Part shown: piece after piece, positions 29,122-37,259 of the stretch
Layout of the letters: each line of letters begins with the position of its first letter
How positions within the stretch are numbered: the first letter of the stretch is position 1
Translations under genes and position numbers: made by a program
The notes under the pieces: generated by a model
What the model saw: only the letters and a program-made list of their open reading frames with translations
Database searches by the model: none
What the model was told of the DNA's origin: nothing
Assembly (NCBI GenBank): GCA_044228165.1
Contig: JBGAVK010000009.1
Location: forward strand, 2,998 to 66,997
Reading direction: 5' to 3'
DNA from: Pyrinomonadaceae bacterium
GTDB lineage: Bacteria > Acidobacteriota > Blastocatellia > Pyrinomonadales > Pyrinomonadaceae
Length of the DNA: 64,000 nt

Positions 29122-29879
29122 TTATGATTCGCGGCGAAGTATCGGATCATGTCCTCGGCCCAGTCGGCGTAGCCCTGTTCGGAGGGGTGGATGCCGTCGG
29201 CGAAAAAGCCCTCGAGCCTGACATTGACGGGCTGCGGGTAATAGAATACGCGATCCATATCGCGGGTGAATTCTTTAATGTTCGCGTTATGCATTTGCGA
29301 AAGCTCCCACAGCAGCTGTTTCGAGGGCGGCGGTATCGCGTTCGTGTAGATGATCATCGGGCAGTTTGAGATAAAGATCACCGCGTCAGGGTGCCGTTCG
29401 CGCATGATGCCGATCAGTTCGGTCATATCGCGCCGCCATTTTACAGGGCTCGACAGTTTCATTACATCGTTGCCGCCCAAGCCGAGCAAAATATAGTCGA
29501 AATGCTCGTCGGGCATTTGGGGTACCAGTTCCTCGATCGTCCGCCGGGCGGTCACGCCGTTTTTGCCGAGCACTTTCCACTCAACAGACCGGCCGATATG
29601 ACCACTCAGGTATTTTGCAAATTGCCCGGCGAGCGCGAGTTCGTGCGTTCTCGCCCCGAGTCCGGCGACGGTCGATTCGCCGATGACATAGAGCCGGGCA
29701 GCACCATCCCCCTCGCCGGCTACGCCCTCACGCGGACCGGCGGCATCCGGCAGAACGCCAACCTTCCACCGCGTGATCTGACCCTGCAGAAACAAGAGCG
29801 GCGCGACCGGAGCCACAGCCACGGCTCCGAATAAAAAGCGCCGCTGCAGCGAGCGTAGATTTTTCTGCTTATCTTCCAT
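29115..29879 (-). CDS. SGNH/GDSL-family hydrolase
   Basis: Blocks YVIGESTVAG, GLGGNDV and DGIHPSEQGY. The likely start is ATG 29879 (MEDKQKNL...) rather than TTG 29924, which would overlap the divergent gene. Confidence 0.8.
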   Translation of the reverse strand: MEDKQKNLRSLQRRFLFGAVAVAPVAPLLFLQGQITRWKVGVLPDAAGPREGVAGEGDGAARLYVIGESTVAGLGARTHELALAGQFAKYLSGHIGRSVEWKVLGKNGVTARRTIEELVPQMPDEHFDYILLGLGGNDVMKLSSPVKWRRDMTELIGIMRERHPDAVIFISNCPMIIYTNAIPPPSKQLLWELSQMHNANIKEFTRDMDRVFYYPQPVNVRLEGFFADGIHPSEQGYADWAEDMIRYFAANHKW

Positions 29880-29911
29880 CGATCTCGTTATGTTAAAATT
29901 TACGGACTCAA

Positions 29912-30580
29912 ATGTTTTTGTCAAATCCGCGTTATTTTCTGTTCTGCGCCTGCCTTTTAGCTTTTTTATTTCAAGGATGCGGCTCCGGAGCTGCGAATAG
30001 CGCCGTCACGAACACTGCGGGCCTCGAGCCAAAAGGTGAATTTCCCTTCTCGACTACGGAACCGAACATCTACCGGGGCGAGTTTGTCGTTAGCGCCGGA
30101 GGCATCGAAGACAAATGGTTCATCGCCCGCAACGGAGATCGCCGCCGGTTCGACATTCTGAAAGACGGCAAACCGTCGATCTCTCAGATCAGGAGCGACG
30201 CCCTCTATTATGTAGATCACGTCAAAAAGATCTATGCGGTCAGGCCCGCGACGGGCCAGATGATGAGCATCGCGCTCGACAGCTTTTACCGCGGCAAAGA
30301 GTACCGCAAATTCGAGGATCTCGGCCTCGTAGACGGACTGAGAAAATACAAGGCGACGACATTTGACGGTGGTGAAGGAACGGTCTTTATCTTTATCGAC
30401 GAATCGAACGGAATGATGGTGCGGCAGGAATATTCCGACGGAAGCGGCCAAAGCGGCACGGGCGAAAATTTTTTTGTTTATGAGATCCGGGAACTAAAGC
30501 TTGAGGCGGATGACAGCGTCTTTGCGATCCCCGCCGGTTACCGAAAAGTGAGTTGGGAAGAGTTTCGCAGCTTTAACTAA
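29912..30580 (+). CDS. lipoprotein, paralog 1 of a tandem pair
   Basis: Lipobox LFQGC. It shares the motifs FIARNGDRRRFD and YRKVSWEEF with the next gene. Confidence 0.65.
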   Translation: MFLSNPRYFLFCACLLAFLFQGCGSGAANSAVTNTAGLEPKGEFPFSTTEPNIYRGEFVVSAGGIEDKWFIARNGDRRRFDILKDGKPSISQIRSDALYYVDHVKKIYAVRPATGQMMSIALDSFYRGKEYRKFEDLGLVDGLRKYKATTFDGGEGTVFIFIDESNGMMVRQEYSDGSGQSGTGENFFVYEIRELKLEADDSVFAIPAGYRKVSWEEFRSFN

Positions 30581-30641
30581 CCGCCTACTCCGGCATCCAA
30601 ATAGCCAACGCCGCTCGGTGTGATAAAATCAAGCTAATCAG

Positions 30642-31337
30642 ATGCGTCTTACAAAAATAGCTATTTCTATTGTCGTCGTCGCCTTCGCGGCGTTTCTTTT
30701 TCAGGGCTGCCGAAAGGTGGATACCGGCGATATTGAAAAACTCACTGCCGCCGACCTCGCCAAGACCGAACCGCCGTATAACAACAAAGAGCCCGAGAAA
30801 TATCAGGTCGAGATCTGGCAAACTTCTCCCACCGGAACCGAAAAGTTCTTTATAGTACGAAACGGCGACAAATGGCGGATCGATTCTGCTTACGGCTCGC
30901 CAGACCAAGTCTCAAATATTCACACCGAAAAGGATCTTGTGCTTTCGTTTGCGGCAAAGTCATACGCCGAATTCCCCACTAGCCACGGCTACGACGAACG
31001 CGAAGGCATGGTCACTGAGATCAGCCTGGGCATGCTCAATAGTAAAGCAAAAGGCGTCTACGAAAGGACCGGTACCGAGGACGGGGTAACAAAATACAAG
31101 GTCACGTCGGACGCCGACAAAGGCAAGGAATCGGTCGTGAGCTTTGACGAAAAGCTCGGTATACCGGTAAGAAAAGAGATCTACAAAGGCACAGGAGCCG
31201 AACGCACTCTCGAAATGACCGTCACACTCAATGGCTTTAAGCCCGAGGCGGACGAAGGGGCGTTCGTATTGCCAAAGGAATTCAAAAAAGTTAGCGTCGA
31301 AGAGATCAAAAAGATCCTGAGCGGTATCAAACAGTAA
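30642..31337 (+). CDS. lipoprotein, paralog 2 of a tandem pair
   Basis: Lipobox LFQGC and the motifs FIVRNGDKWRID and FKKVSVEEI. It is colinear with the previous ORF. Confidence 0.65.
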   Translation: MRLTKIAISIVVVAFAAFLFQGCRKVDTGDIEKLTAADLAKTEPPYNNKEPEKYQVEIWQTSPTGTEKFFIVRNGDKWRIDSAYGSPDQVSNIHTEKDLVLSFAAKSYAEFPTSHGYDEREGMVTEISLGMLNSKAKGVYERTGTEDGVTKYKVTSDADKGKESVVSFDEKLGIPVRKEIYKGTGAERTLEMTVTLNGFKPEADEGAFVLPKEFKKVSVEEIKKILSGIKQ

Positions 31338-31340
31338 GTT

Positions 31341-31772
31341 ATGTCCGAAAACCCAAAGCGTCCTGACATCACACCAGAGCAGAGGGCGTTTGCCGAGAAT
31401 GCCCTCCATAGCCTGCCGTTCTCACGACTGATAGGGATGAAACTCGTCGATCTTCAGCCCGACATTGCGGTGCTTAGTATCGAGATGCGTGACGATCTTC
31501 GTCAGCCGAGCGGAGTACTTCACGGCGGCGTGACGGCAACGTTGATCGATACGGCGATGGCTTTTGCCGTTCGAACCCGCCTCGGCCTGACCGAGGCGAC
31601 CGCGACCATCGACCTGACGGTGCACTATCTGCGGCCGCATCTCGAAGGCACATTTATCTGCACTGCGAAAGTGGTTCGCGCCGGGAAACGCATCTTCACC
31701 GTGTCAGCCGAAGTTCATAACGAAGAGGGCAAACAGATCGCGACTGGGCTTTCGACCTATACAAGAGTTTGA
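31341..31772 (+). CDS. PaaI-family hotdog thioesterase
   Basis: 143 aa with the motif GVLHGGVTATLIDTAMAFA. Confidence 0.85.
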   Translation: MSENPKRPDITPEQRAFAENALHSLPFSRLIGMKLVDLQPDIAVLSIEMRDDLRQPSGVLHGGVTATLIDTAMAFAVRTRLGLTEATATIDLTVHYLRPHLEGTFICTAKVVRAGKRIFTVSAEVHNEEGKQIATGLSTYTRV

Positions 31773-31870
31773 ACGCAGAGAACGCTGAGGCTTTTAGCGA
31801 ACTAATTTCCGGCTGCTTACAACACGCTTTTCTCTTACCTCTGCGAGCTTTGCGGCCTCTGCGTTAAGTA
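31773..31870 (+). repeat. CTCTGCG-type palindromic intergenic element, copy A
   Basis: ACGCAGAGAACGCTGAGG...CCTCTGCGAGCTTTGCGGCCTCTGCGTTAAG. It ends 5 nt before the ABC exporter ATG. Confidence 0.6.
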
Positions 31871-31873
31871 ATA

Positions 31874-33736
31874 ATGGAACAGATACGCAAATTTGCACGA
31901 TATTTTAAGCCGTATAAATGGACGATCCTCGCCGGGATCTTTTTTATTTTGTGCTCGATGTCGTTCGGGCTTTTTGTTCCCTACATGGTCGGAGCGGCGG
32001 TCGATGACCTTAATTCGTCGATCACCTGGAACAAGATCATCTATTATCCGCTCGTCATCCTGGGCATCAATGCAATGAGCGGTGTCTTTTTATTTCTTCA
32101 AAGGCGTTTGCTCATAAATACATCGCGGCATATCGAATTTGATATGCGCGAAGATTTTTACGCCTCGCTTGTCGATCAGCCGCTCGAGTATTTTCAGACC
32201 AACCGCGTCGGCGATCTGATGGCACGGGCGACCAATGACCTCGCGGCGATACGCCAGATAGTCGGGCCGATGATCCTCTACAGCTTTCAGGCGATCTTTG
32301 CACTCTGCATTTCGCTGCCGATAATGCTCAATATCTCGGTCAAGCTGACCCTGCTGCTGCTCATTCCGATGCCGCTCGTCAGTTTGACCGTCAAATTTCT
32401 CGGCGGCCGAATTCACACGCGCTTTGAAAAGATCCAGGAATATTTCTCAGACATTACCGCCCGGGCACAGGAAAACCTGACCGGCGTCCGTGTGGTGCGT
32501 GCCTATGCCCAGGAGGATTCAGAGATCGAACAGTTTCAAGTCCTCAATCGCGAATACGCGGCCCAAAATCTTCGCCTTGTAAAATATGCCGCGGCGATGC
32601 GTCCGCTGCTTTTCTTTTTTATCGGCCTCGGATTTGTCATTATCGTCGCGGTAGGTGTGCCGATGGCGGTCCGCGGCGAGATCACCGCCGGCGATTTTAC
32701 GGCTTTCATGCTCTATCTGCAGCGGATGATCTGGTACTTGATCGCCCTCGGCTATGTCGTCAATCTATACCAACGCGGCACCGCCTCGCTGAAACGTTTT
32801 AATGCGATCCTTGAGACCGAGCCTGCGATCGGCGACGCGGCAGGCACAGTCGAACAGCCCCCGATGAAGGGCCGGATAGAATTTCGTGATCTGAATTTCT
32901 CTTACGACGGTCCAACCAATTCCCCTACTTACAAAGGAGGGGTGACAGCCGCTTCGGCTGACGGGGTGGTTCTAGTCGCTTTTGTCGGCAAAACCGGCAG
33001 CGGCAAATCGACCTTGGTAAGCCTAATACCGCGTCTGCTCGATGCTCCGGATGGCAGCGTCCGTATCGACGGCCGGCCTATCCGTGAATACCCGCTCGCG
33101 CAGCTCAGAAGATCTATCGGATTCGTCCCGCAAGAGACATTTCTCTTTAGCGACACGCTCGCGGCGAACATCGCGTTCGGCGTGGAAGAGTTTGAACCGC
33201 AGAGGCGCGGAGACGCGGAGAAAACAAATGATAGGAAAAAGGATATCGCCGTCGATCTGCGTTCATCTGCTGCTAAACCTTCCTCTGCGTCTCTGCGTCT
33301 CAGCGGTGAAATAACAGTTGAAAAAGCCGCTGAGATCGCGGGACTTGCCGATGACGTGGCGGGCTTTCCCGGCGGCTATGAACAGCTTGTAGGCGAACGC
33401 GGCATCACGCTCTCAGGCGGTCAGAAACAGAGAACCGCCATCGCACGCGCCGTGATGCGCGACCCTCGAATATTGATACTCGACGATTCACTGAGCGCGG
33501 TCGATACCTATACCGAAGAAACGATCCTGCACAACCTCCGCGACGTTCGTGAAAATCGCACAACGCTGATCGTTTCGCACCGGGTCTCGACGATCCGCGA
33601 TGCCGATCTGATCTGCGTGATGGCCGACGGCGGGATCGTCGAACGCGGCACCCATGACGAACTCGTCGCTCTCGACGGTGAATACGCCGACCTTTACGAA
33701 CGGCAACTGCTTGAAGAAGAACTTGAAACGACGTAG
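31874..33736 (+). CDS. ABC exporter, fused TMD-NBD (MsbA/MdlB-like) with atypical insertions in the NBD
   Basis: Six-TM domain, Walker [11 protein letters not shown] loop VPQE, signature LSGGQKQR, Walker B ILILDD, H loop SHR. There is an extra segment of about 36 aa between NIAFG and VEKAA. Confidence 0.9.
   Translation: MEQIRKFARYFKPYKWTILAGIFFILCSMSFGLFVPYMVGAAVDDLNSSITWNKIIYYPLVILGINAMSGVFLFLQRRLLINTSRHIEFDMREDFYASLVDQPLEYFQTNRVGDLMARATNDLAAIRQIVGPMILYSFQAIFALCISLPIMLNISVKLTLLLLIPMPLVSLTVKFLGGRIHTRFEKIQEYFSDITARAQENLTGVRVVRAYAQEDSEIEQFQVLNREYAAQNLRLVKYAAAMRPLLFFFIGLGFVIIVAVGVPMAVRGEITAGDFTAFMLYLQRMIWYLIALGYVVNLYQRGTASLKRFNAILETEPAIGDAAGTVEQPPMKGRIEFRDLNFSYDGPTNSPTYKGGVTAASADGVVLVAFVGKTGSGKSTLVSLIPRLLDAPDGSVRIDGRPIREYPLAQLRRSIGFVPQETFLFSDTLAANIAFGVEEFEPQRRGDAEKTNDRKKDIAVDLRSSAAKPSSASLRLSGEITVEKAAEIAGLADDVAGFPGGYEQLVGERGITLSGGQKQRTAIARAVMRDPRILILDDSLSAVDTYTEETILHNLRDVRENRTTLIVSHRVSTIRDADLICVMADGGIVERGTHDELVALDGEYADLYERQLLEEELETT
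33197..33311 (+). repeat. CTCTGCG-type palindromic element, copy B, inside the ABC exporter reading frame
   Basis: CCGCAGAGGCGCGGAGACGCGGAGAA...CCTCTGCGTCTCTGCGTCTCAGCGGTGAAA. It translates in frame as [38 protein letters not shown]. Confidence 0.6.
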
Positions 33737-33748
33737 TTGCGCAAAAAA

Positions 33749-33770
33749 ACGCCCCGATCACTCGGGGCGT
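33749..33770. terminator. bidirectional rho-independent terminator between convergent genes
   Basis: ACGCCCCGA, loop TCAC, TCGGGGCGT (9-bp stem). An A run lies upstream and a T-rich stretch downstream. Confidence 0.7.
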
Positions 33771-33795
33771 TTCAAATTAAGGACAGCTGGAACGG

Positions 33796-34332
33796 CTATT
33801 GTGCCGAATAGACCTGAATGGTCCTGCGTCCAAACTTACGAGCTTCACTGCAGCTCGGGACCCATACGTCGATCTTCTTGCCTTTGATAGCACTGCCTGT
33901 GTCAGAGACCAGATAGGTTCCGCTCCAGGCACCGGCATTGAGAGTAACACGCGAACCTAGTTTCAAGACTCTTGGATCCGCTGCGATCAAACCGCGGCGA
34001 ACGCCGTGTCCCATCGCTGTTCTCCCCTTGAGGCAATATGCAGTCGCCGAAAAGGCACCGCGGCTTGCGCCTAGCCCAACGGCCATCGACGAACCCGTCT
34101 TCTTAACGAGCTTGTCATCGTCCTGCACGGTCAGTGCAGTTTCAGTATCAATAGCGTTCGAAATTAAATTATTATCAAATGATGCAATGTCTATAACTGT
34201 ATTATCTAATTTTGCTTGCGATTCATTCGCTATAATGAGTGTCTCATCGGTCTTTGCAGTCTGGGCGTAGACAAACGCTACGAGCAGGCTGAGCAGGACC
34301 GTGATGGCTGCTCCTCTAACGATTTTCTTCAT
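33796..34332 (-). CDS. secreted 3D-domain (MltA/YabE-like) protein
   Basis: Signal peptide. C-terminal segment ATAYCLKGRTAMGHGVRRGLIAADPRVLKLGSRVTL...YLVSDTGSAIKGKKIDVW. Confidence 0.75.
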   Translation of the reverse strand: MKKIVRGAAITVLLSLLVAFVYAQTAKTDETLIIANESQAKLDNTVIDIASFDNNLISNAIDTETALTVQDDDKLVKKTGSSMAVGLGASRGAFSATAYCLKGRTAMGHGVRRGLIAADPRVLKLGSRVTLNAGAWSGTYLVSDTGSAIKGKKIDVWVPSCSEARKFGRRTIQVYSAQ

Positions 34333-34673
34333 TCTTCTTCTCCAATTTTACGTACTTCGTTTAAACGCAAAAATAGCGTCTGAGATTTGGGTCATCAGCC
34401 ACTATTCGCATCGAACGAAGACTGTTTCGGCAGATTCATTTCTACCTGTTTTCGTGCCCCACGGGCCGAAACTTGTATCAAGGATACCACCCCGGGGCCA
34501 TACTGTCCACCCCGGCAAAAACCGCAAGCCCTTATGTTATATGCAATTGCTGAATTGTAAGGCGCTTACGGGTGTCATTTTTTTTCGATTTTGATAGACT
34601 TGAGAGGCAAAATTTACCCTTGTTGGGGGTTGATGCCGTTCGGGATCCGCGATCTTTTTTTGGAGGTTCTACT

Positions 34674-35039
34674 ATGCGGGAAAGACGCCAAGGCGCGCGA
34701 CATGTTATCTCATTTCCGATCCGTGTTCGTTGGAAAGACGGCAGCGGCAAAGAGGTCATCCAAGAGGGACTGACCGACAACATCGGTCCGTACGGCACGT
34801 TGGTCTATCTCCCACGCGAGCTGCCGCTCGTCGGCGGCAAGGTCTATCTGACTGTGACAGAAAACCCTGACGAAGAGGTCACCGTCACCGCGGAGGTCAT
34901 TCGCCTCGAACGCAACGCCTCTCATCCCCAGGCCGCCCTTACTTTGACTGAAAATCTGCGCGAGTGGAAGAAAAAGGTGTGGGAAGCTGCCGGGGCCGTA
35001 ATAGCCGCACAAGAACCTGAGGCTCTGGATGACTGGTAA
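34674..35039 (+). CDS. PilZ-like domain protein
   Basis: The start is re-set to ATG 34674, preceded by GGAGG. RRQGAR fits the RRxxxR motif. NIGPYG is a degenerate (D/N)xSxxG motif. Confidence 0.5.
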   Translation: MRERRQGARHVISFPIRVRWKDGSGKEVIQEGLTDNIGPYGTLVYLPRELPLVGGKVYLTVTENPDEEVTVTAEVIRLERNASHPQAALTLTENLREWKKKVWEAAGAVIAAQEPEALDDW

Positions 35040-35103
35040 TATTGAGTCTTGAGTCCTAAGTGTGGAGTCTGAATTCTGGCTCCCGGCATCTAAGTTCTAA
35101 ATT

Positions 35104-36255
35104 ATGAAGATACTTGTTCTGGGTGCAGGCCGTATGGGCCACGGTGCCGTTTTCGATCTAGTCCATAATTCACCTGACGTTGAACAGGTTACCGTCGCCG
35201 ATTTTGACCTCAAAAAAGCTGAGGCCGTCGCCGATGCCGTCGGGACGTCACGTGTCGATGCCCATCACATCGACGCATCGAATCAGTCGGACGCAGCCCG
35301 ATTGATGAGGGGGCATGATTCGGTCATCTCATGTGTTAATTATTGGTACAACGCCTCGCTCTCACAGGCGGCGATCGACACGGGAACAAATTTTTGCGAC
35401 CTCGGCGGCAATAACTACATCGTTGACGAACAGCTCGCAATGGACGAAGCGGCAAAAGCAGCGGGTGTTAATATCATCCCCGATTGCGGACTTGCGCCGG
35501 GAATGGTTTCGATACTCGCGATGCACGGCGCGGCAAAATTTGAAAGCGTCGACGAGATACATATTCGCGTTGGCGGCCTGCCGCAGACGCCCGAGCCGCC
35601 GCTCAATTACCAGCTCGTCTTCTCGGTCGAGGGCTTGATCAACGAATACCTCGAGGTCGCGCGGGTGATAAGAAACGGGCAGATCACCGAGGTCGACTCG
35701 ATGACCGAGCTTGAGGCATTATCATTTGACGGCTTTCCGCAGCTCGAGGCGTTTCAAACCAGCGGCGGCACATCAACGCTGCCCGATACATTTCTCGGCA
35801 AGATCAAAGAACTTGACTACAAAACGATCCGCTACGCCGGGCATTGTGAAAAATTTAAAACGATAATGGACCTCGGCCTCTGTTCGAGCGACGATATACT
35901 CGTTGACTTTCAAAAGGTTAAACCCAGAAAGGTGTTTGGCGAACTTCTACAAAAGCACCTTCCTGCAGACGGCCCGGATTACGTCCTCGTCCGACTCGAC
36001 TTCAAAGGTATGTCAAAAACCGAGGATCAAAAGCCCAAAACCCTCAGATACGACATCGTTGATAAACTCGACCCGGCGACCGGTATGAGCGCCATGATGC
36101 GTACCACGGCGTTTCCGGCATCTATCATCGCTCAGATGATGGCAAAGGGTGACGTGCTCGTCAGAGGGGCAACACCACAGGAAAAGGCCATCGCCCCGTA
36201 TAGATTCGTTGCCGAACTTGAGAGACGAAATATCAAGATCACGGTCTCGGAATAA
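35104..36255 (+). CDS. saccharopine dehydrogenase family oxidoreductase
   Basis: Rossmann N-terminus MKILVLGAGRMG and a Sacchrp_dh-type C-terminal domain; 383 aa. Confidence 0.85.
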   Translation: MKILVLGAGRMGHGAVFDLVHNSPDVEQVTVADFDLKKAEAVADAVGTSRVDAHHIDASNQSDAARLMRGHDSVISCVNYWYNASLSQAAIDTGTNFCDLGGNNYIVDEQLAMDEAAKAAGVNIIPDCGLAPGMVSILAMHGAAKFESVDEIHIRVGGLPQTPEPPLNYQLVFSVEGLINEYLEVARVIRNGQITEVDSMTELEALSFDGFPQLEAFQTSGGTSTLPDTFLGKIKELDYKTIRYAGHCEKFKTIMDLGLCSSDDILVDFQKVKPRKVFGELLQKHLPADGPDYVLVRLDFKGMSKTEDQKPKTLRYDIVDKLDPATGMSAMMRTTAFPASIIAQMMAKGDVLVRGATPQEKAIAPYRFVAELERRNIKITVSE

Positions 36256-36262
36256 AAAGAAA

Positions 36263-36284
36263 GGCTTCTCGACATAGAGAAGCC
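36263..36284. terminator. bidirectional terminator between convergent genes
   Basis: GGCTTCTC, loop GACATA, GAGAAGCC. Flanked by an A run upstream and a T-rich stretch downstream. Confidence 0.7.
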
Positions 36285-36309
36285 CATTTATTTATTATTT
36301 TGAATTTAT

Positions 36310-36981
36310 TTATGCGGTAAGTCCTACAAGCCTCGGATTCGCCTTTTTCTTTAAGAGCTTCTGCAGCTTTAGCCGCGCCTTGTGAAGCTGCGATTTCGAC
36401 GTCCCGACGGAGCAGCCCAAAATTCTTGCGACCTCTTCATGTTCGAAGCCCTCGACGTCGTGGAGGACAAATACATTCTTATAACCGGCCGGAAGTTGTT
36501 CGATAGCGTTGTCGAGTGCGATCTTGTCGATGATCCGCATGCGATCCGGGTTCGCGGTTCCCGTCACCATCTGTTCCGGTGTTTCACCTTCCTCGGTGGT
36601 CTTTTCGTACTTAACCGTCCGTTTTCGAAAGTGCATTAGCACCTGATTGACAGTCATACGATGAAGCCACGTTGTAAAAGCCGAATCGCCGCGAAAACTG
36701 CCGATCTTGCGATAAAGCTGGATAAATACATCCTGCGTCAGGTCTTCTGCTTCCGAGGTGCTCTGCAGCATCCTCAGACATATCGAATAAACTCGGCGAT
36801 GATGCCGTTTATAGATCTCTTCGAAAGACGCCATGTCGCCGCCCGCCGCAGATCTCGCAAGTTCAATGTCCTTTGCCGACGATATTTCTAACGCGGCGTT
36901 TTTCACCGAAAATCGCACCTCGTCAGTTTCGACACCCTGCTCGCTATGAAAGACCGGAAAATTTAATGTTTCAGTTGTCAT
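36310..36981 (-). CDS. ECF-type RNA polymerase sigma-70 family factor
   Basis: Region 2 ([36 protein letters not shown]) and region 4 ([25 protein letters not shown]). The start is re-set to ATG 36981, preceded by GGAGGG. Confidence 0.88.
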   Translation of the reverse strand: MTTETLNFPVFHSEQGVETDEVRFSVKNAALEISSAKDIELARSAAGGDMASFEEIYKRHHRRVYSICLRMLQSTSEAEDLTQDVFIQLYRKIGSFRGDSAFTTWLHRMTVNQVLMHFRKRTVKYEKTTEEGETPEQMVTGTANPDRMRIIDKIALDNAIEQLPAGYKNVFVLHDVEGFEHEEVARILGCSVGTSKSQLHKARLKLQKLLKKKANPRLVGLTA

Positions 36982-37057
36982 TGTGTTTCCCTCCACGCCG
37001 AAGTACATTTCAATTGCCGTGCCAAACCTAAAATTCCGAGTATCTATCGTATTAATT

Positions 37058-37081
37058 CACGCCTATATCCCGCCTTTGTTC
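37058..37081 (-). promoter_or_regulatory. candidate ECF-type promoter for the sigma factor gene
   Basis: The minus strand reads GAAC (37081-37078), a 16-nt spacer, then CGTG (37061-37058). Confidence 0.3.
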
Positions 37082-37133
37082 AACTATTTCGGGCATATTC
37101 CCGTATTCGGATATCATCTAAAATCAGATGCGT

Positions 37134-37162
37134 GAACCTTTCCGTGTGACGCTTGCGTCAAA
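37134..37162 (+). promoter_or_regulatory. candidate ECF-type promoter for the divergent membrane-protein gene
   Basis: TGAACCTT, a 17-nt spacer, then TCAAA (also readable as GAAC-N18-CGTC), about 95 nt upstream of ATG 37260. Confidence 0.35.
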
Positions 37163-37259
37163 TGGTACACGGTTTGGTGTAGTACGATAGCGGGTGGCTT
37201 CAATTGCAGGAAGTGTTAAAATCTACTTTCCGTTTGGCACTGGTCAAGGAGCGTCAAAG

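Noticed and set aside
34301-34594. 97-aa track ORF inside the 3D-gene / PilZ-gene spacer
   Set aside because: It has hydrophobic or basic low-complexity translation and no ribosome-binding site. It overlaps the start of the 3D-domain gene on the opposite strand, so it is most likely non-coding regulatory DNA.
34333-34673. c-di-GMP riboswitch upstream of the PilZ-like gene
   Set aside because: Only a short GGCAAA string is present. I could not find the paired GEMM-type helices or conserved tetraloop-receptor features. The region is also shared with a divergent promoter.
35040-35103. Triple GAGTC motif (GAGTCTTGAGTCCTAAGTGTGGAGTC) between the PilZ-like gene and the saccharopine dehydrogenase gene
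   Set aside because: The motif is short, has no inverted symmetry, and I found no second comparable locus in the window. That is insufficient to call it a repeat family or a binding site.
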